From an uncultured delta proteobacterium (lineage in GTDB: Bacteria; Desulfobacterota; Binatia; UBA9968), in the NCBI GenBank assembly GCA_963727625.1, contig CAVSHR010000007.1:128001-192000 (forward strand): DNA of 64,000 bases, given 5' to 3'. This document shows positions 11,151 through 21,155 of the stretch, piece after piece (position 1 is the first letter of the stretch; the number at the start of each line of letters is the position of its first letter). Below the pieces are notes generated by a model. The model searched no databases. It was not told where the DNA came from and saw only the letters and a list, made by a program, of their open reading frames with translations. The translations under genes and the position numbers were made by a program.

Positions 11151-12641
11151 ATGGATGTAAAGACCGCCACCGCCGCTACCGCCACGCTAGAGCAGTTGCA
11201 GGCTTCCGAAAGTCGCTACCGGCGCCTGTTCGAGACGGCCAAGGACGGTATCGTTCTCCTCGATGCGAACACCGGACGGATCACCGACGTCAACCCCTAC
11301 ATGCTAGACATGTTGGGTTATTCTCATGCCGAATTGATGGGCAAAGCGCTCTGGGAGATCGGTGCGGTCAAAAACATTGCCGCGAGCCAGGGCTTCATGC
11401 ACGAGTTGCAGAAAAAGGAATACGTCCGTTACGAAGATCTGCCGTTGGAAACCAATTCCGGAGACCTCATCGAGGTGGAGTTCGTCAGCAATGTCTATCT
11501 GGTCGATGGCGTGAGGGTGATTCAATGCAACATCCGCGACATCACCGCCCGCAAACAGATCGAGGCGAGCGAACAGGCGGTCCGTGAGAAACTGACGGTT
11601 TCGGTGTCCGAGCTGCAACAGCGCGATGAAGGAATGAAGGCGCTCATCCGCCTAAACGATTTGCTTCAAACTTGCACAAGCCCGCCCGAGGCCTACCAGA
11701 TGGTTGGCATTGTGGCGAATGAATTATTTAAAGCGGACAGTGGCGGGTTAGCCATTTTTAACAGCCGAGGTCATCAGTTGGAGACGGTTGCGCGTTGGGG
11801 CGATAAGCCAATCCTAAAGTCCGGTTTTTCATCGGAGGATTGTTGGGCGTTACGGCGCGGAAAATTTCATGAAGTGAGCGATCCCGGGGTGGATTTGCTC
11901 TGTCATCACTTTATCGATCGACCCCAACGCGGCTATTTGTGCGTGCCTTTAATCGTCCATGCCGGAACAGTCGGACTGTTGAGTCTCAGCGGCCCAGTGA
12001 AAAACGATTCTGATGCGCAGGCGAGGCAACAAATGGCCACGGCGGTGGGCGAAGCGATCAAGTTGTCTTTGGCTAATTTGAAACTGAGAGAAGAACTGCG
12101 CGACCAGGCGATTCATGATCCGCTGACGGGACTGTGCAATCGGCGCTTTTTGGAAGAGAGTCTGGAGCGCGAGCTGCATCGTGCGCACCGTGAGAATTCT
12201 CCGCTCTGCATCGTGATGATCGACCTCGATAACTTCAAACCATTTAACGATATTTTGGGTCACGCTGCAGGCGACTCGATGTTACGCGATTTGGCCCAAG
12301 CGCTGCGCGAGACGCTGCGTAAGAGCGATATCGCGTGCCGCTATGGCGGAGATGAGTTTGTCCTCGTGCTGCCCGACTCCTCGCTGGCGAACACCCTGCT
12401 ACGGATGGAACAAATCCGGGAGCTGATTAAAGAAAGATTGAATCGGCACGGTGGTCAGGCGCTATCCCCGATCACCCTATCGGCCGGGGTTGCCGGTATG
12501 CCTGAACATGGTTCCACGCCTGCTGAATTGCTTTACGCGGCTGACATGGCCATGTACGCCGCCAAGCAGGCCGGGGGGAATCGCGCGGTTGCCTACCATG
12601 CGCAGAACCCTGATCGTTCGAAAACAGTAAGCGTAGGATAA
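11151..12641 (+). CDS. PAS-GAF-GGDEF diguanylate cyclase
   Basis: RBS AAGGAGGT; PAS (YRRLFETAKDG), GAF (CWALRRG), DPLTGLCNRR, RYGGDEF with an upstream RKSD I-site. Confidence 0.92.
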   Translation: MDVKTATAATATLEQLQASESRYRRLFETAKDGIVLLDANTGRITDVNPYMLDMLGYSHAELMGKALWEIGAVKNIAASQGFMHELQKKEYVRYEDLPLETNSGDLIEVEFVSNVYLVDGVRVIQCNIRDITARKQIEASEQAVREKLTVSVSELQQRDEGMKALIRLNDLLQTCTSPPEAYQMVGIVANELFKADSGGLAIFNSRGHQLETVARWGDKPILKSGFSSEDCWALRRGKFHEVSDPGVDLLCHHFIDRPQRGYLCVPLIVHAGTVGLLSLSGPVKNDSDAQARQQMATAVGEAIKLSLANLKLREELRDQAIHDPLTGLCNRRFLEESLERELHRAHRENSPLCIVMIDLDNFKPFNDILGHAAGDSMLRDLAQALRETLRKSDIACRYGGDEFVLVLPDSSLANTLLRMEQIRELIKERLNRHGGQALSPITLSAGVAGMPEHGSTPAELLYAADMAMYAAKQAGGNRAVAYHAQNPDRSKTVSVG

Positions 12642-12643
12642 AA

Positions 12644-13072
12644 ATGCGCACCACGCACCCACACGCTCACCGGAGCCGATCGCCGCGACCTGCTTCTGTA
12701 AACCGCGATGCCTGGTATGCCCGGCCGGCTCGTGACGAAACATCCCGAGAGACATTTTTCGGCTCCCGGCTGCCTCTCGCTACCGTCTCCCCGGAAACAG
12801 CCTTAATGTACGCGGTGCTTGAGGACGCCTTTCTGTGCTTGCAGAAGACCGGCGAGCTTTCGCAACTGGTTCGGTGCCGGGCGCGGCAGGCTGAGCAATG
12901 GTTTCTCAGCGACGATTCCCGGTGGATCTTTGCTTTTCTGCCGATTTGCGACGTACTCGGAATCGACCCGGAGTACCTGCGCAAGAAACTCAAGAATTGC
13001 CAGCCAATCGCCCCGGACATGACCCAGGCAAAGCGGTTGCACGCTCCGTCGGGAGATCAACCTTCAGGGTAG
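12644..13072 (+). CDS. conserved hypothetical protein (paralog of 26624..27064)
   Basis: Shares the pattern PE..L..A.L.DA..C ... AE.WF.S.D....F.....IC..L.I.P.Y.R..L with the 26624 ORF. Confidence 0.7.
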   Translation: MRTTHPHAHRSRSPRPASVNRDAWYARPARDETSRETFFGSRLPLATVSPETALMYAVLEDAFLCLQKTGELSQLVRCRARQAEQWFLSDDSRWIFAFLPICDVLGIDPEYLRKKLKNCQPIAPDMTQAKRLHAPSGDQPSG

Positions 13073-13155
13073 GTCGCCTGGGTAACCAGGACTTGCCAAG
13101 CCCCCTCGCACCTCGACTCGCGTTGCCATCGATGCGGGCCTCGAAAGGAGACGTG

Positions 13156-13839
13156 ATGGTGATTCAACAAACTCCTCAAGCCGACGAGTTTAAGCGACTG
13201 TTACGCGATTCCTTGCAGCGCGAGACAATCAGTAGCGGCGCGATCAAGATCGCCCGACATGTGAATGTGTACAAAAGCGGCGATCATGACGACATGGTCT
13301 ATTTCATCGAGAGCGGTCAGATCAAGCTGCTGATGCTCTCCTCGGAGGGAAGAGAATGCCTCCTGGCCATCCACGGTGGCGGAGACATTTTTGGCGAGTT
13401 GTCTTTATCCGGTTTAGGCGCGCGCTTGGAAACGGCGACGGCGATGAAAGCGACGACCCTAAAACAATTGCCCTGCGCGCAGTTTTTTGCGTGTCTAAGC
13501 CGCGACTCGCTGCTCGAGGGTTTTGTGCGCTACCTGACGGTGCGCATCGCCGACCAACAGCAGGTCATCGCCAACCTGGTGACCGTCGACAGCGAGCAGC
13601 GCTTGGGTCAGACGTTGTTACAGCTGGCCCGTACCATGGGAAAGAAAGATCCCCGCAGCATCCGCATCGAGCTCAGGATATCCCATGAAGAACTGTCCGA
13701 AATGGTGGGCACGACGCGGCCGCGGGTGAGTTTGTTCATGCAACGGTTTCATAATCTGGGTTTGATCGAGACCAATAGGGATCGGTTCTTCATCATCAAA
13801 GAAAAAAAGCTCACCGATTATCTCGCGCAGATCGCCTAG
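13156..13839 (+). CDS. Crp/Fnr family transcriptional regulator (paralog 2)
   Basis: RBS AAAGGAG; near-identical motifs to paralog 1 (QQQVIANLVTVDSEQRLG, SEMVGTTRPR). Confidence 0.9.
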   Translation: MVIQQTPQADEFKRLLRDSLQRETISSGAIKIARHVNVYKSGDHDDMVYFIESGQIKLLMLSSEGRECLLAIHGGGDIFGELSLSGLGARLETATAMKATTLKQLPCAQFFACLSRDSLLEGFVRYLTVRIADQQQVIANLVTVDSEQRLGQTLLQLARTMGKKDPRSIRIELRISHEELSEMVGTTRPRVSLFMQRFHNLGLIETNRDRFFIIKEKKLTDYLAQIA

Positions 13840-14077
13840 AACCGCGGCGGCGGACGCGTGAGCGGGGCTTGATTCTTGTCAAACTAGAAACGCCAACTTC
13901 TGCCGGCATGGAGTATCTTTCCGTGCGCAGTCTGCTATAGTATTGAGATGTAACCATTGGCATCCCAATGTCCAGTCAGCGCATGCTCGGTCCACTCTTG
14001 GCCGAGTTCTCAAGAGGCGGTTTCCAGTGGGGACCGCCTCTTTGCGATTCAACCGACCCTTATCTAAGGAGGAATTT

Positions 14078-14251
14078 ATGGAAACATTCAAAAAGAGGCA
14101 AAAGGCCTGGGCGCGGAAAGAGAAGCAGCAAAAAAAGGCCGCGCGCAAGATGGAGCGGCGCAACGACAAGACAAAGTCGCCGGATAACGCCGAGGAAACC
14201 AATTCCACGACTGCGGAAGCGAGCGAACGGCAGGGGCCGACAATTTTATAG
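14078..14251 (+). CDS. small basic protein (57 aa)
   Basis: RBS TAAGGAGG. METFKKRQKAWARKEKQQKKAARK resembles basic peptides seen next to, or fused to, cold-shock genes. Confidence 0.7.
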   Translation: METFKKRQKAWARKEKQQKKAARKMERRNDKTKSPDNAEETNSTTAEASERQGPTIL

Positions 14252-14344
14252 GACATCAGCGCGCGGCGGAATGAATCCACGGGGCGGTTCCAATGGGCTG
14301 TTCGTCGGCGATCTCACTCGATTCGCATGCGCGGGTAGGACTCA

Positions 14345-14572
14345 ATGAATCAAGACACGCTCTACAAAAATCATCTGATCCACGGCGAATCGTTTCAGCG
14401 CGAAAATAACGGCGCCTGGGTGCCGCAATACACCGTGACTCGCCAGGATGGCGCGACGGAGAAGGTCGATTTTCCCTCGCATCAATATCAATTCAATCAC
14501 GCTTATTCCACGGAAGTTGAGGCGGACGAATTCGCCGTGCATATGGCACAGGCGTGGATTGATAAAAGCTGA
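14345..14572 (+). CDS. small hypothetical protein (75 aa)
   Basis: RBS TAGGA. Y-K-x-H-x-I ... EADEFAVHMAQAWID pattern typical of a small alpha/beta family. Confidence 0.6.
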   Translation: MNQDTLYKNHLIHGESFQRENNGAWVPQYTVTRQDGATEKVDFPSHQYQFNHAYSTEVEADEFAVHMAQAWIDKS

Positions 14573-14635
14573 TGGCTAAATCCCGGCTGTTTTCCGCCTG
14601 GTGAAATTCAAATTGACTAGCACGCGCCTCTTCGA

Positions 14636-14866
14636 TTATCGGCCCGGTGTGCGCCCTCGCGCTCTCATGCAGGCGGAGAAAGCCGCGCCTTTGCTGCCGA
14701 TCGTGGCCACTGCGGCTTGTCGCTCGCAATCGATGACGTCGCTGTCGAAGCTGCCGCGCGCTCTGCTGTTGTTGCTCGAAGCCCCGCTCGGCGCGGATCG
14801 ATAAGGTGCGGACCCGGCGCAACCGAACGAAAACAGCATTACGGCGAATATTGCCAGCTTCATCAA
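14636..14866 (-). CDS. small putative lipoprotein
   Basis: Signal peptide with lipobox (FSFGC); two further Cys (DCERQA, ACMRARG). Confidence 0.65.
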   Translation of the reverse strand: MMKLAIFAVMLFSFGCAGSAPYRSAPSGASSNNSRARGSFDSDVIDCERQAAVATIGSKGAAFSACMRARGRTPGR

Positions 14867-15007
14867 TCATCCTTCCGCGGCGTTAAGCAGAGTCAAAAGA
14901 CCCGCACGGCGAATCAGTTCACCCTATTTTTAGCATTTCAAATTTGCGGCGCCACCCTTCCGGCTTGGAAATTCACTGGATGAGCGCAGCGGTGATTTTG
15001 CCGGATT

Positions 15008-15039
15008 CCGTGGGGGCGTATGGCGGTACGTCCCCACGG
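15008..15039. repeat. REP-like intergenic palindrome
   Basis: CCGTGGGGGCGTA..TACGTCCCCACGG hairpin downstream of the OMF gene. Confidence 0.55.
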
Positions 15040-15064
15040 GCAGGATTGAAATTGTCTCGCCGAG

Positions 15065-16411
15065 TTACCAGCCCAGCGCCTTGCGCAACTGCACGAAGGA
15101 TTGCAGCTGTCCCTGGTTGATGCTGACCTGGCTGTCCTGCGCCTGGTAGAGACTGCGCTGAGCGTCGAGCAGGTTGAGATAATCGATGGCGCCGGCGTCG
15201 AAGCGCGCCTTGGCGATGTCGTAGGCTTTCTGCGATTCGACCACCGAGTCGCGCGCGATCACGGCGCGGTCGTCGGCGCTCTTGAGCGCGGCGAGCGCGT
15301 CTTCGACTTCTCTGAAGGAAGTCAGCACGGTTTTTTGGTACTGCGCCGCCAGTTCTTTTTGGCGCGCCGTGACGTTTTCAAGATTACCGGTGAGCTTGCC
15401 GCCGGTGAAGATCGGCGCGAGCAAGCTTGAGGCGATCGATGTCGCAGCGGCGGCAGGGCCGCCGAAGCCGGCAGCGATCGCCGAATCGAGGCCGAGGGTC
15501 AGCGAAGGGAAGAAGGCCGCCCGCGCCGCGCCGATGTCGGCATTGGCGCCGCGCAGACCGGCTTCGGCGCTCTGGATGTCCGGCCGCGCCGTCAGCAGGG
15601 TTGCCGGCGGGGTGAGATTGACCGGCGGCATGGTCACCGAGGCCAGTGTGAAGTTTGGCGCCGGGAAGTTTTGCGGCGCTTGGCCGAGCAGGATGGCCAG
15701 GGCGTTGCCGGTGGTGGTCCGCTGCTCGATCAGCGACGCCAAGGCGCTGCGAAAGCCGTTGACTGCGACGCGCTGCTGGGAAACTTCCAGGCCGGAGACG
15801 CTGCCCTGGGCAAATCGCGCCTCGACGATGCGAAGGATCTCTTCGGCGTTCTTGAGATTGAACTCGGCGATGCTGATGCGGTCGTTGAGGCTCAAAATCT
15901 GCGTGTAAAAATTAGTCACATCGCCGGTGACCACCAGGCGCAGCGCCTCTCGGTCGTAGCGGCTCGCCTCGGTGCGGTCGTCGGCCGATTTCGCGGCGTT
16001 GCGGTTTTTGCCCCACAGATCCACTTCGTAGCTAATGCTGCCGCCGCCGCGCGCCGCGTTGGTGTCTTTCGGGTCTTGATAGGTGCGCGAGGCCGAGCCG
16101 CTGGCATTGATCGTCGGATAGAGCGGCGAGGCGGCGACCTTCGCCTGCGCACGCGCCTGTTCGATGCGCTGCAGCGCGGCTTCCAGATCGAGATTTTGCG
16201 CCAGGGCGATTTCCACCAGGCGATCGAGATCGGCGCTGCCGAGATCGCGCCAGAACGGCGCGCTGCCCGGTTGCGCGTTCATGCCGACTCCCGCAACGCT
16301 GCTCCAGCCGGCGGGAATGGCCATATCCGGACGCTGATAGCCGGGCGCCAGGCTGCAAGCCGACACAGCCAGCGAGAGGGCGATGGTACCGTTCAACAGT
16401 TGTTTACCCAT
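15065..16411 (-). CDS. outer membrane efflux lipoprotein (NodT/OprM/TolC family)
   Basis: Lipobox VSAC; SYEVDLWGK, RPDIQSAE, IGAARAAFFP, LRKALG. Confidence 0.92.
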   Translation of the reverse strand: MGKQLLNGTIALSLAVSACSLAPGYQRPDMAIPAGWSSVAGVGMNAQPGSAPFWRDLGSADLDRLVEIALAQNLDLEAALQRIEQARAQAKVAASPLYPTINASGSASRTYQDPKDTNAARGGGSISYEVDLWGKNRNAAKSADDRTEASRYDREALRLVVTGDVTNFYTQILSLNDRISIAEFNLKNAEEILRIVEARFAQGSVSGLEVSQQRVAVNGFRSALASLIEQRTTTGNALAILLGQAPQNFPAPNFTLASVTMPPVNLTPPATLLTARPDIQSAEAGLRGANADIGAARAAFFPSLTLGLDSAIAAGFGGPAAAATSIASSLLAPIFTGGKLTGNLENVTARQKELAAQYQKTVLTSFREVEDALAALKSADDRAVIARDSVVESQKAYDIAKARFDAGAIDYLNLLDAQRSLYQAQDSQVSINQGQLQSFVQLRKALGW

Positions 16412-16419
16412 GATGCACC

Positions 16420-18357
16420 TCATTCGGAAGCCAACGCGACCACCGGATCGAGCTGCGCCGCTTGGCGCGCCGGCAGGTAGCCGAAGATCAATCCGGTCGC
16501 CGAAGCGCAAACGAAGGCGAGCAGCGCCGGCGTGATCGAAAAAATTACCGCCATGCCGCTGGTGCGCAGCACCAGGCCGGCGCCGACGCCGACGAGAATT
16601 CCCAAAACGCCGCCGGCGGCGCAGACCACCGCGGCTTCGATGTTGAATTGCAGCAAAATGTCGAGCATGCGCGCACCGGTGGCCATGCGGATGCCGATCT
16701 CGCGGGTGCGCTCGACGACGCTCACCAGCATGATGTTCATCACGCCGATGCCGCCGACCAGCAGAGAAATTGCCGCCACCGTGCCCAACAGCAGCGTAAA
16801 GGTGTCTTGGGTTTCCATTGCCGCTTGGAGATAAGACGCCATGTTGCGCACGCTGAAGTCTTCGGTTCGATGGCGCGCTTTCAGCAAGGTTTCGACGCTC
16901 GCCTGGGTGCCCTGGATGTCGGTTGTGTCGGAGACCTTGATCGTGATGCTGCTCAGATAGTTTTTACCGAAGATGCGCACCAGGCCGGTGGTGATCGGCA
17001 CGAAGATCACGTCATCCTGATCGCTGCCAAAGGGCGACGCGCCTTTTTCGCTCATCACGCCGATCACCAGAAAAGGCACGTTCTTCATCAAAATATACTT
17101 CCCGATGGGGTCGCGGCCGTCTGGAAAAAGCGTCTTGGCGACGGTTTTCCCGAGCACGACGATCGCCGCGTAGTGCTTCACATCGTCAGTATTGAAGAAC
17201 ACCCCTTCGGCCACCGGCCAGTCGCGCGCCGAGGGAAATTCGGCGCCGGTGCCCTGGACGGAAGTCTGGTAGTCGATGTTGCCGAAGCGCACGGTGGCGC
17301 GGCCGTTGCGCTCGGGCAACGCGGTTTCGATATTCGGCAAGGCTTTGATCGCTTCGGCGTCATCCGGCACCAGGGTTGCGATGTCGCCGGAGTTACGCAT
17401 GCCCGCGGCGCCGGGCCGGATCAACATCAAGTTGGTGCCAAAGGAGCTGATGCGATCGAGAACTTTCTGGCGGCTGCCTTCGCCCACGGCAAGCATTGCC
17501 ACCACGGCGGCGACGCCGATGATGATGCCGAGCAGGGTCAGCGAGGTGCGAAACAGATTGACCCGGAGCGAGCGCCACGCCGTGGTCAGGGCCTCTTGCG
17601 CGCTGGCGGCGAGGCCGACACCGTCGCTCAGTTCGTGCCCAATTTCGTCGGTGGCAGCGTCAGCGCTTGCGCCTGCGCCGGTATCTTCGATGATTCGGCC
17701 GTCCTGCAGGCGCACGATCCGTTCAGCGTTTTGCGCGATGTTTTCCGCGTGGGTGATCAGGATGATCGTGCGCCCCTCGGCGTGCAGTTTGCCGAGCAGG
17801 GCCAGCACTTCGTCGCCACTCTTGCTGTCGAGCGCGCCGGTAGGCTCGTCGGCGAGGATCACCGGCGGATCGTTGACCAGCGCCCGGGCGATGGCGACGC
17901 GCTGCTGCTGGCCGCCGGAAAGTTCCGCCGGGCGATGATCGATGCGGTCGCCGAGGCCGAGCTGCTCAAGCAGCTCGATCGCGCGTTGGCTCCGTTTATG
18001 CTTCGGCAGACCCGCGTAAACCGAAGGAATCTCCACGTTCTCGCCCGCCGTGGCGGTTGCCAGGAGATTATACTTCTGAAACACAAAGCCGAAGGTCTCG
18101 CGGCGCAGGGCGGCGAGCTCGTCAGGCTCGAGGTGGGCGGCTTCTCTGCCCAACACCTTGTAGCTACCGGCGGTCGGCCGGTCGAGGCAACCGATGATGT
18201 TCATCAGCGTCGACTTGCCGGAGCCGCTTTGTCCCATGATCGCGACAAACTCGCCGCGGCGGATTTTTAGCGACACGCCGTCCAAGGCGCGCACCACGGT
18301 ATCACCGTTTTTATAGTGCTTATGCAGGTCGCTCAGTTCGAGAATCGTCGCGTTCAT
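16420..18357 (-). CDS. macB: MacB-family ABC efflux ATPase/permease
   Basis: GQSGSGKST, LSGGQQQR, ADEPTG; periplasmic domain and FtsX-like C-terminus (GGIGVMNIMLVSVVERTREIGIR). Confidence 0.93.
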   Translation of the reverse strand: MNATILELSDLHKHYKNGDTVVRALDGVSLKIRRGEFVAIMGQSGSGKSTLMNIIGCLDRPTAGSYKVLGREAAHLEPDELAALRRETFGFVFQKYNLLATATAGENVEIPSVYAGLPKHKRSQRAIELLEQLGLGDRIDHRPAELSGGQQQRVAIARALVNDPPVILADEPTGALDSKSGDEVLALLGKLHAEGRTIILITHAENIAQNAERIVRLQDGRIIEDTGAGASADAATDEIGHELSDGVGLAASAQEALTTAWRSLRVNLFRTSLTLLGIIIGVAAVVAMLAVGEGSRQKVLDRISSFGTNLMLIRPGAAGMRNSGDIATLVPDDAEAIKALPNIETALPERNGRATVRFGNIDYQTSVQGTGAEFPSARDWPVAEGVFFNTDDVKHYAAIVVLGKTVAKTLFPDGRDPIGKYILMKNVPFLVIGVMSEKGASPFGSDQDDVIFVPITTGLVRIFGKNYLSSITIKVSDTTDIQGTQASVETLLKARHRTEDFSVRNMASYLQAAMETQDTFTLLLGTVAAISLLVGGIGVMNIMLVSVVERTREIGIRMATGARMLDILLQFNIEAAVVCAAGGVLGILVGVGAGLVLRTSGMAVIFSITPALLAFVCASATGLIFGYLPARQAAQLDPVVALASE

Positions 18358-19556
18358 AGCCGTGGTCCTCGGTTAAAGCGCTGCGGATTGTTCCGCTGGC
18401 CGCTCGCCTGGTTGGCGCCGCCGGGGCGGCTGGTGGCGATCTGATCGCCCTCGTTCAAGCCGTCGGTGACTTCCGCCAGCGTGCGGGTGACCAGCCCGAC
18501 GTGGATCGTGCGCGGCTCGCGCCCGCTCGGAGTGACGACCGACACGCGATAAGCCTTGCCTTTGTCGTTATCCGCGTTCGGCGCGCGCCGGGTCAAAACT
18601 TCAGCCGGCACGATCAAGGCGTTGTCGGCCTTGCCGAGGATAAAAAATACCTGGGTCGTCATGCCGGTCATGAGCTTGCGCCCTTCGTTGTTGACGTCGA
18701 TCAAGACATCGTAGAGGACCACGTCGTTGACGATTTGCGGCGAGGGCTGAATCTGCCGAACTTTGCCTTGCCAGCGGTGCTCGCTGTCACCGAGCGTGGT
18801 GAAATAAGCCGGCATGTTTTCTTTGAGCCGGCTGACGTCCGCCTCGGCGACCTGGGCGCGCACGGTCATCACGTCCAGATTGGCTACCTGCATGACCGTG
18901 GGCGCGGTTTGATTGGCGTTCAATGTTTGGCCTTCCTTGGTTGGCAAGGTGGTAACCGTGCCCGACATGGGCGCGTAGATCTTGGTGAAACCCAAGTTGG
19001 CCCGGCTCGCCTTCAAGTTGGACTCGGTCTCTTGCATCTGCGCGAGGATCGAGTCGACTTGCGCCTTGGCGACCGCCGCCTGGGATTCGCTTTCCTGAAG
19101 GACCTGCTGGCTGACCGCGTTGACCGCGATCAAATTCTGATTCCGTTTCAAATTCTGCTGCGCCAAGGTGAGCTCGGCCTTCTGTTGATTCAACTGGGCT
19201 CGCAGACTATTCAAACGCGCTTCACCGGCCTCTACCTGGGCCTGGAAAACCCGCGGATCGATTTCAGCGAGCAACTGTCCCTGCTTGACGGTATCGCCGA
19301 TATCGACGTGAATGCGCTTGAGCTGTCCGGACACCTGAGTGCCGACGTCGACATATTGCCTTGACTCGAGCTTGCCTTGGGCGGTCACGACCTCTTCGAT
19401 GTTGCCGCGGGTGACGGTCACGGGCTTGCCGGTGGCTTGCGGTTTCTGCGACGCGCTGCTGTACCAGTACCAGCCGCCGGCGGCGACAACGGCAACTGCC
19501 AGGAGGCCGGTCAGTTTTTTTCGCTGCGGTTTTGTCAGGGTAAATTTCCAAGTCAT
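18354..19556 (-). CDS. macA: MacA-family periplasmic adaptor
   Basis: VDVGTQVSGQL, TKIYAPMSG, GQTLNANQTAP; overlaps the macB start. Confidence 0.92.
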   Translation of the reverse strand: MTWKFTLTKPQRKKLTGLLAVAVVAAGGWYWYSSASQKPQATGKPVTVTRGNIEEVVTAQGKLESRQYVDVGTQVSGQLKRIHVDIGDTVKQGQLLAEIDPRVFQAQVEAGEARLNSLRAQLNQQKAELTLAQQNLKRNQNLIAVNAVSQQVLQESESQAAVAKAQVDSILAQMQETESNLKASRANLGFTKIYAPMSGTVTTLPTKEGQTLNANQTAPTVMQVANLDVMTVRAQVAEADVSRLKENMPAYFTTLGDSEHRWQGKVRQIQPSPQIVNDVVLYDVLIDVNNEGRKLMTGMTTQVFFILGKADNALIVPAEVLTRRAPNADNDKGKAYRVSVVTPSGREPRTIHVGLVTRTLAEVTDGLNEGDQIATSRPGGANQASGQRNNPQRFNRGPRL

Positions 19557-19700
19557 AGATTTGCACGTCCCTTCACCGAGGTTGTCACCTCTTAATACGA
19601 ATCACCGGGCGCCATTCTTCGCCCCGCTAGTAAAAATAGCCCGGGTATTGCCGGCACTTGAAGAATCTGGAATTTCCCGGTTGAATTTGCGGCGCGCAGA

Positions 19701-20141
19701 TCAATCGGATTTGGGGGGTGGCGGCGGGCGGCGCAACAGGTCCGCGAAAGTCCGCCGTTCGTCGGGTGTCATCTCCTTGGTGATCAGCTTGATCGCCTGG
19801 CTCATGCGCTTGAACATCTCTTCGCGTAATGTCTCGTATTGATTCACCTGGCGGTCATAGGCGGCTTCGTCGAAGTTTTCGGCGCTCATGATGCGCAGGG
19901 CCTCGTTGCGCGCCGCATCCATTTGTTCGCGCAGCGGATCCCCGGCGGCGCGAATCTGGGCAAATTTTCTACGATAACGGTCTTGCTCCGCCGCGGGCAG
20001 TTTTTTGAGCGCCTCTTCCATACGCTGTTGTCGCGTCGGCCGGCCGTCGAAACCATAGGGCACGCGCCCCAAAATCACACCGACCAAAAGCAGATTCAGC
20101 ACCAGGGAAACCAGGAACACCAACTTAAGCGTCTTGCTCAT
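19701..20141 (-). CDS. periplasmic heavy-metal sensor / Spy-CpxP-like protein
   Basis: SLVLNLLLVG anchor, helical body, C-terminal MTPDER (LTxxQ-like). Confidence 0.75.
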   Translation of the reverse strand: MSKTLKLVFLVSLVLNLLLVGVILGRVPYGFDGRPTRQQRMEEALKKLPAAEQDRYRRKFAQIRAAGDPLREQMDAARNEALRIMSAENFDEAAYDRQVNQYETLREEMFKRMSQAIKLITKEMTPDERRTFADLLRRPPPPPKSD

Positions 20142-20458
20142 AAAAGAGCCTCATCCGAAGAGAAATAACCTGAAACGTTGGCAGTGCTGTCGTCGGCATT
20201 AGAATTACTTGCCGGCGGCAGGCTGAAGCCGATCACCGTGCCGAGGATCAACGCGCCGACAAGCACGTACGCCGGCTTCGGCAAATGAAACTCGGAGCAG
20301 ATCTGGCGCATCCACTGCCACAGCGAAACCGAGCGGTTCTGCGGCAGCTGGCGCGCCTTGAAAATAATCCGCTGCGCCAAATCTGGACTGGCCGGTTCGA
20401 CCCGGCGCGAGCGCAGCAGGTTGTCGAGTTTGTCGTCGCGGTTATCTTTCATAACCAC
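20138..20458 (-). CDS. putative membrane anti-sigma factor
   Basis: Small single-TM protein directly downstream of the ECF sigma gene. Confidence 0.65.
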   Translation of the reverse strand: MVMKDNRDDKLDNLLRSRRVEPASPDLAQRIIFKARQLPQNRSVSLWQWMRQICSEFHLPKPAYVLVGALILGTVIGFSLPPASNSNADDSTANVSGYFSSDEALL

Positions 20459-20459
20459 C

Positions 20460-21014
20460 TCACAGGTACGCTTTCATACGTTCTTTCAAAGTCGTCTTGG
20501 CGCGCATGATCAATGACTGCAACGCCTTCAGTTTGAGCCCCATGATCTCCGCCGCCTCCTGATTGCTGAGGTCCTCGGCAAAGCAGAGATTGAGCGCCTG
20601 GCGCTGGCGCTCGGGCAGGGCGGCGATCTCTTTTTCCAAAACTCTCTGCTCCTGGGCGCGTATCATCACCTCGTCCGCCGGCTCGCGATCGTCGATCACT
20701 GGCAGATCGTCGTCGAGAGCGGCCGGTTTTTTCTTCTTGCGCAAATCCAGGCATAAATTCACCACGACGCGATAGAACCAGGTGGTAAACTTGCTGTTGC
20801 GCTCGGGCTGCCAGAGCGCCGGGTTCTCCCACAGCTTGAGAAAGGCGTCTTGGACCATGTCCTCGGCGGCTTCCTTGCTTTGCAAATAGCGGTAGGCGAG
20901 CCGATAAAAGCGCGCGGTGTGGCGCTCGACCAGCAGGGCGAAGGCCTGGCTGTTGCCATCCTGGATGAGCGCGAGCAGTTCGTGGTCGTCTTGGTCTGGC
21001 CCAGCCGCCGCCAT
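20460..21014 (-). CDS. ECF RNA polymerase sigma-70 factor
   Basis: AEDMVQDAFLKLW, FTTWFYRVVVNLCLD, LPERQR, LSNQEAAEIMG. Confidence 0.92.
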   Translation of the reverse strand: MAAAGPDQDDHELLALIQDGNSQAFALLVERHTARFYRLAYRYLQSKEAAEDMVQDAFLKLWENPALWQPERNSKFTTWFYRVVVNLCLDLRKKKKPAALDDDLPVIDDREPADEVMIRAQEQRVLEKEIAALPERQRQALNLCFAEDLSNQEAAEIMGLKLKALQSLIMRAKTTLKERMKAYL

Positions 21015-21155
21015 GGTGTTGTAGATACTGAATGGAAACTACGACTTGCAAGCTTGATCATACAACCAAAGGGCTCCGAAGATAAGGCCAGAATAGATTG
21101 CCGTTCAATGGTTGATACGATTGTCCGCGCGAATGTCTTCGCGGCGTGACAAGTT

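Noticed and set aside
13869-13882. FNR-box-like TTGAT-N4-GTCAA after Crp paralog 2
   Set aside because: Single imperfect match, and the local Crp proteins lack the FNR recognition helix; could be chance.
16462-18270. Long antisense ORFs (602 aa here; also 21941-22957, 43475-44470, 52136-53161 and others)
   Set aside because: Shadow frames of well-supported genes in high-GC DNA, with no motifs.
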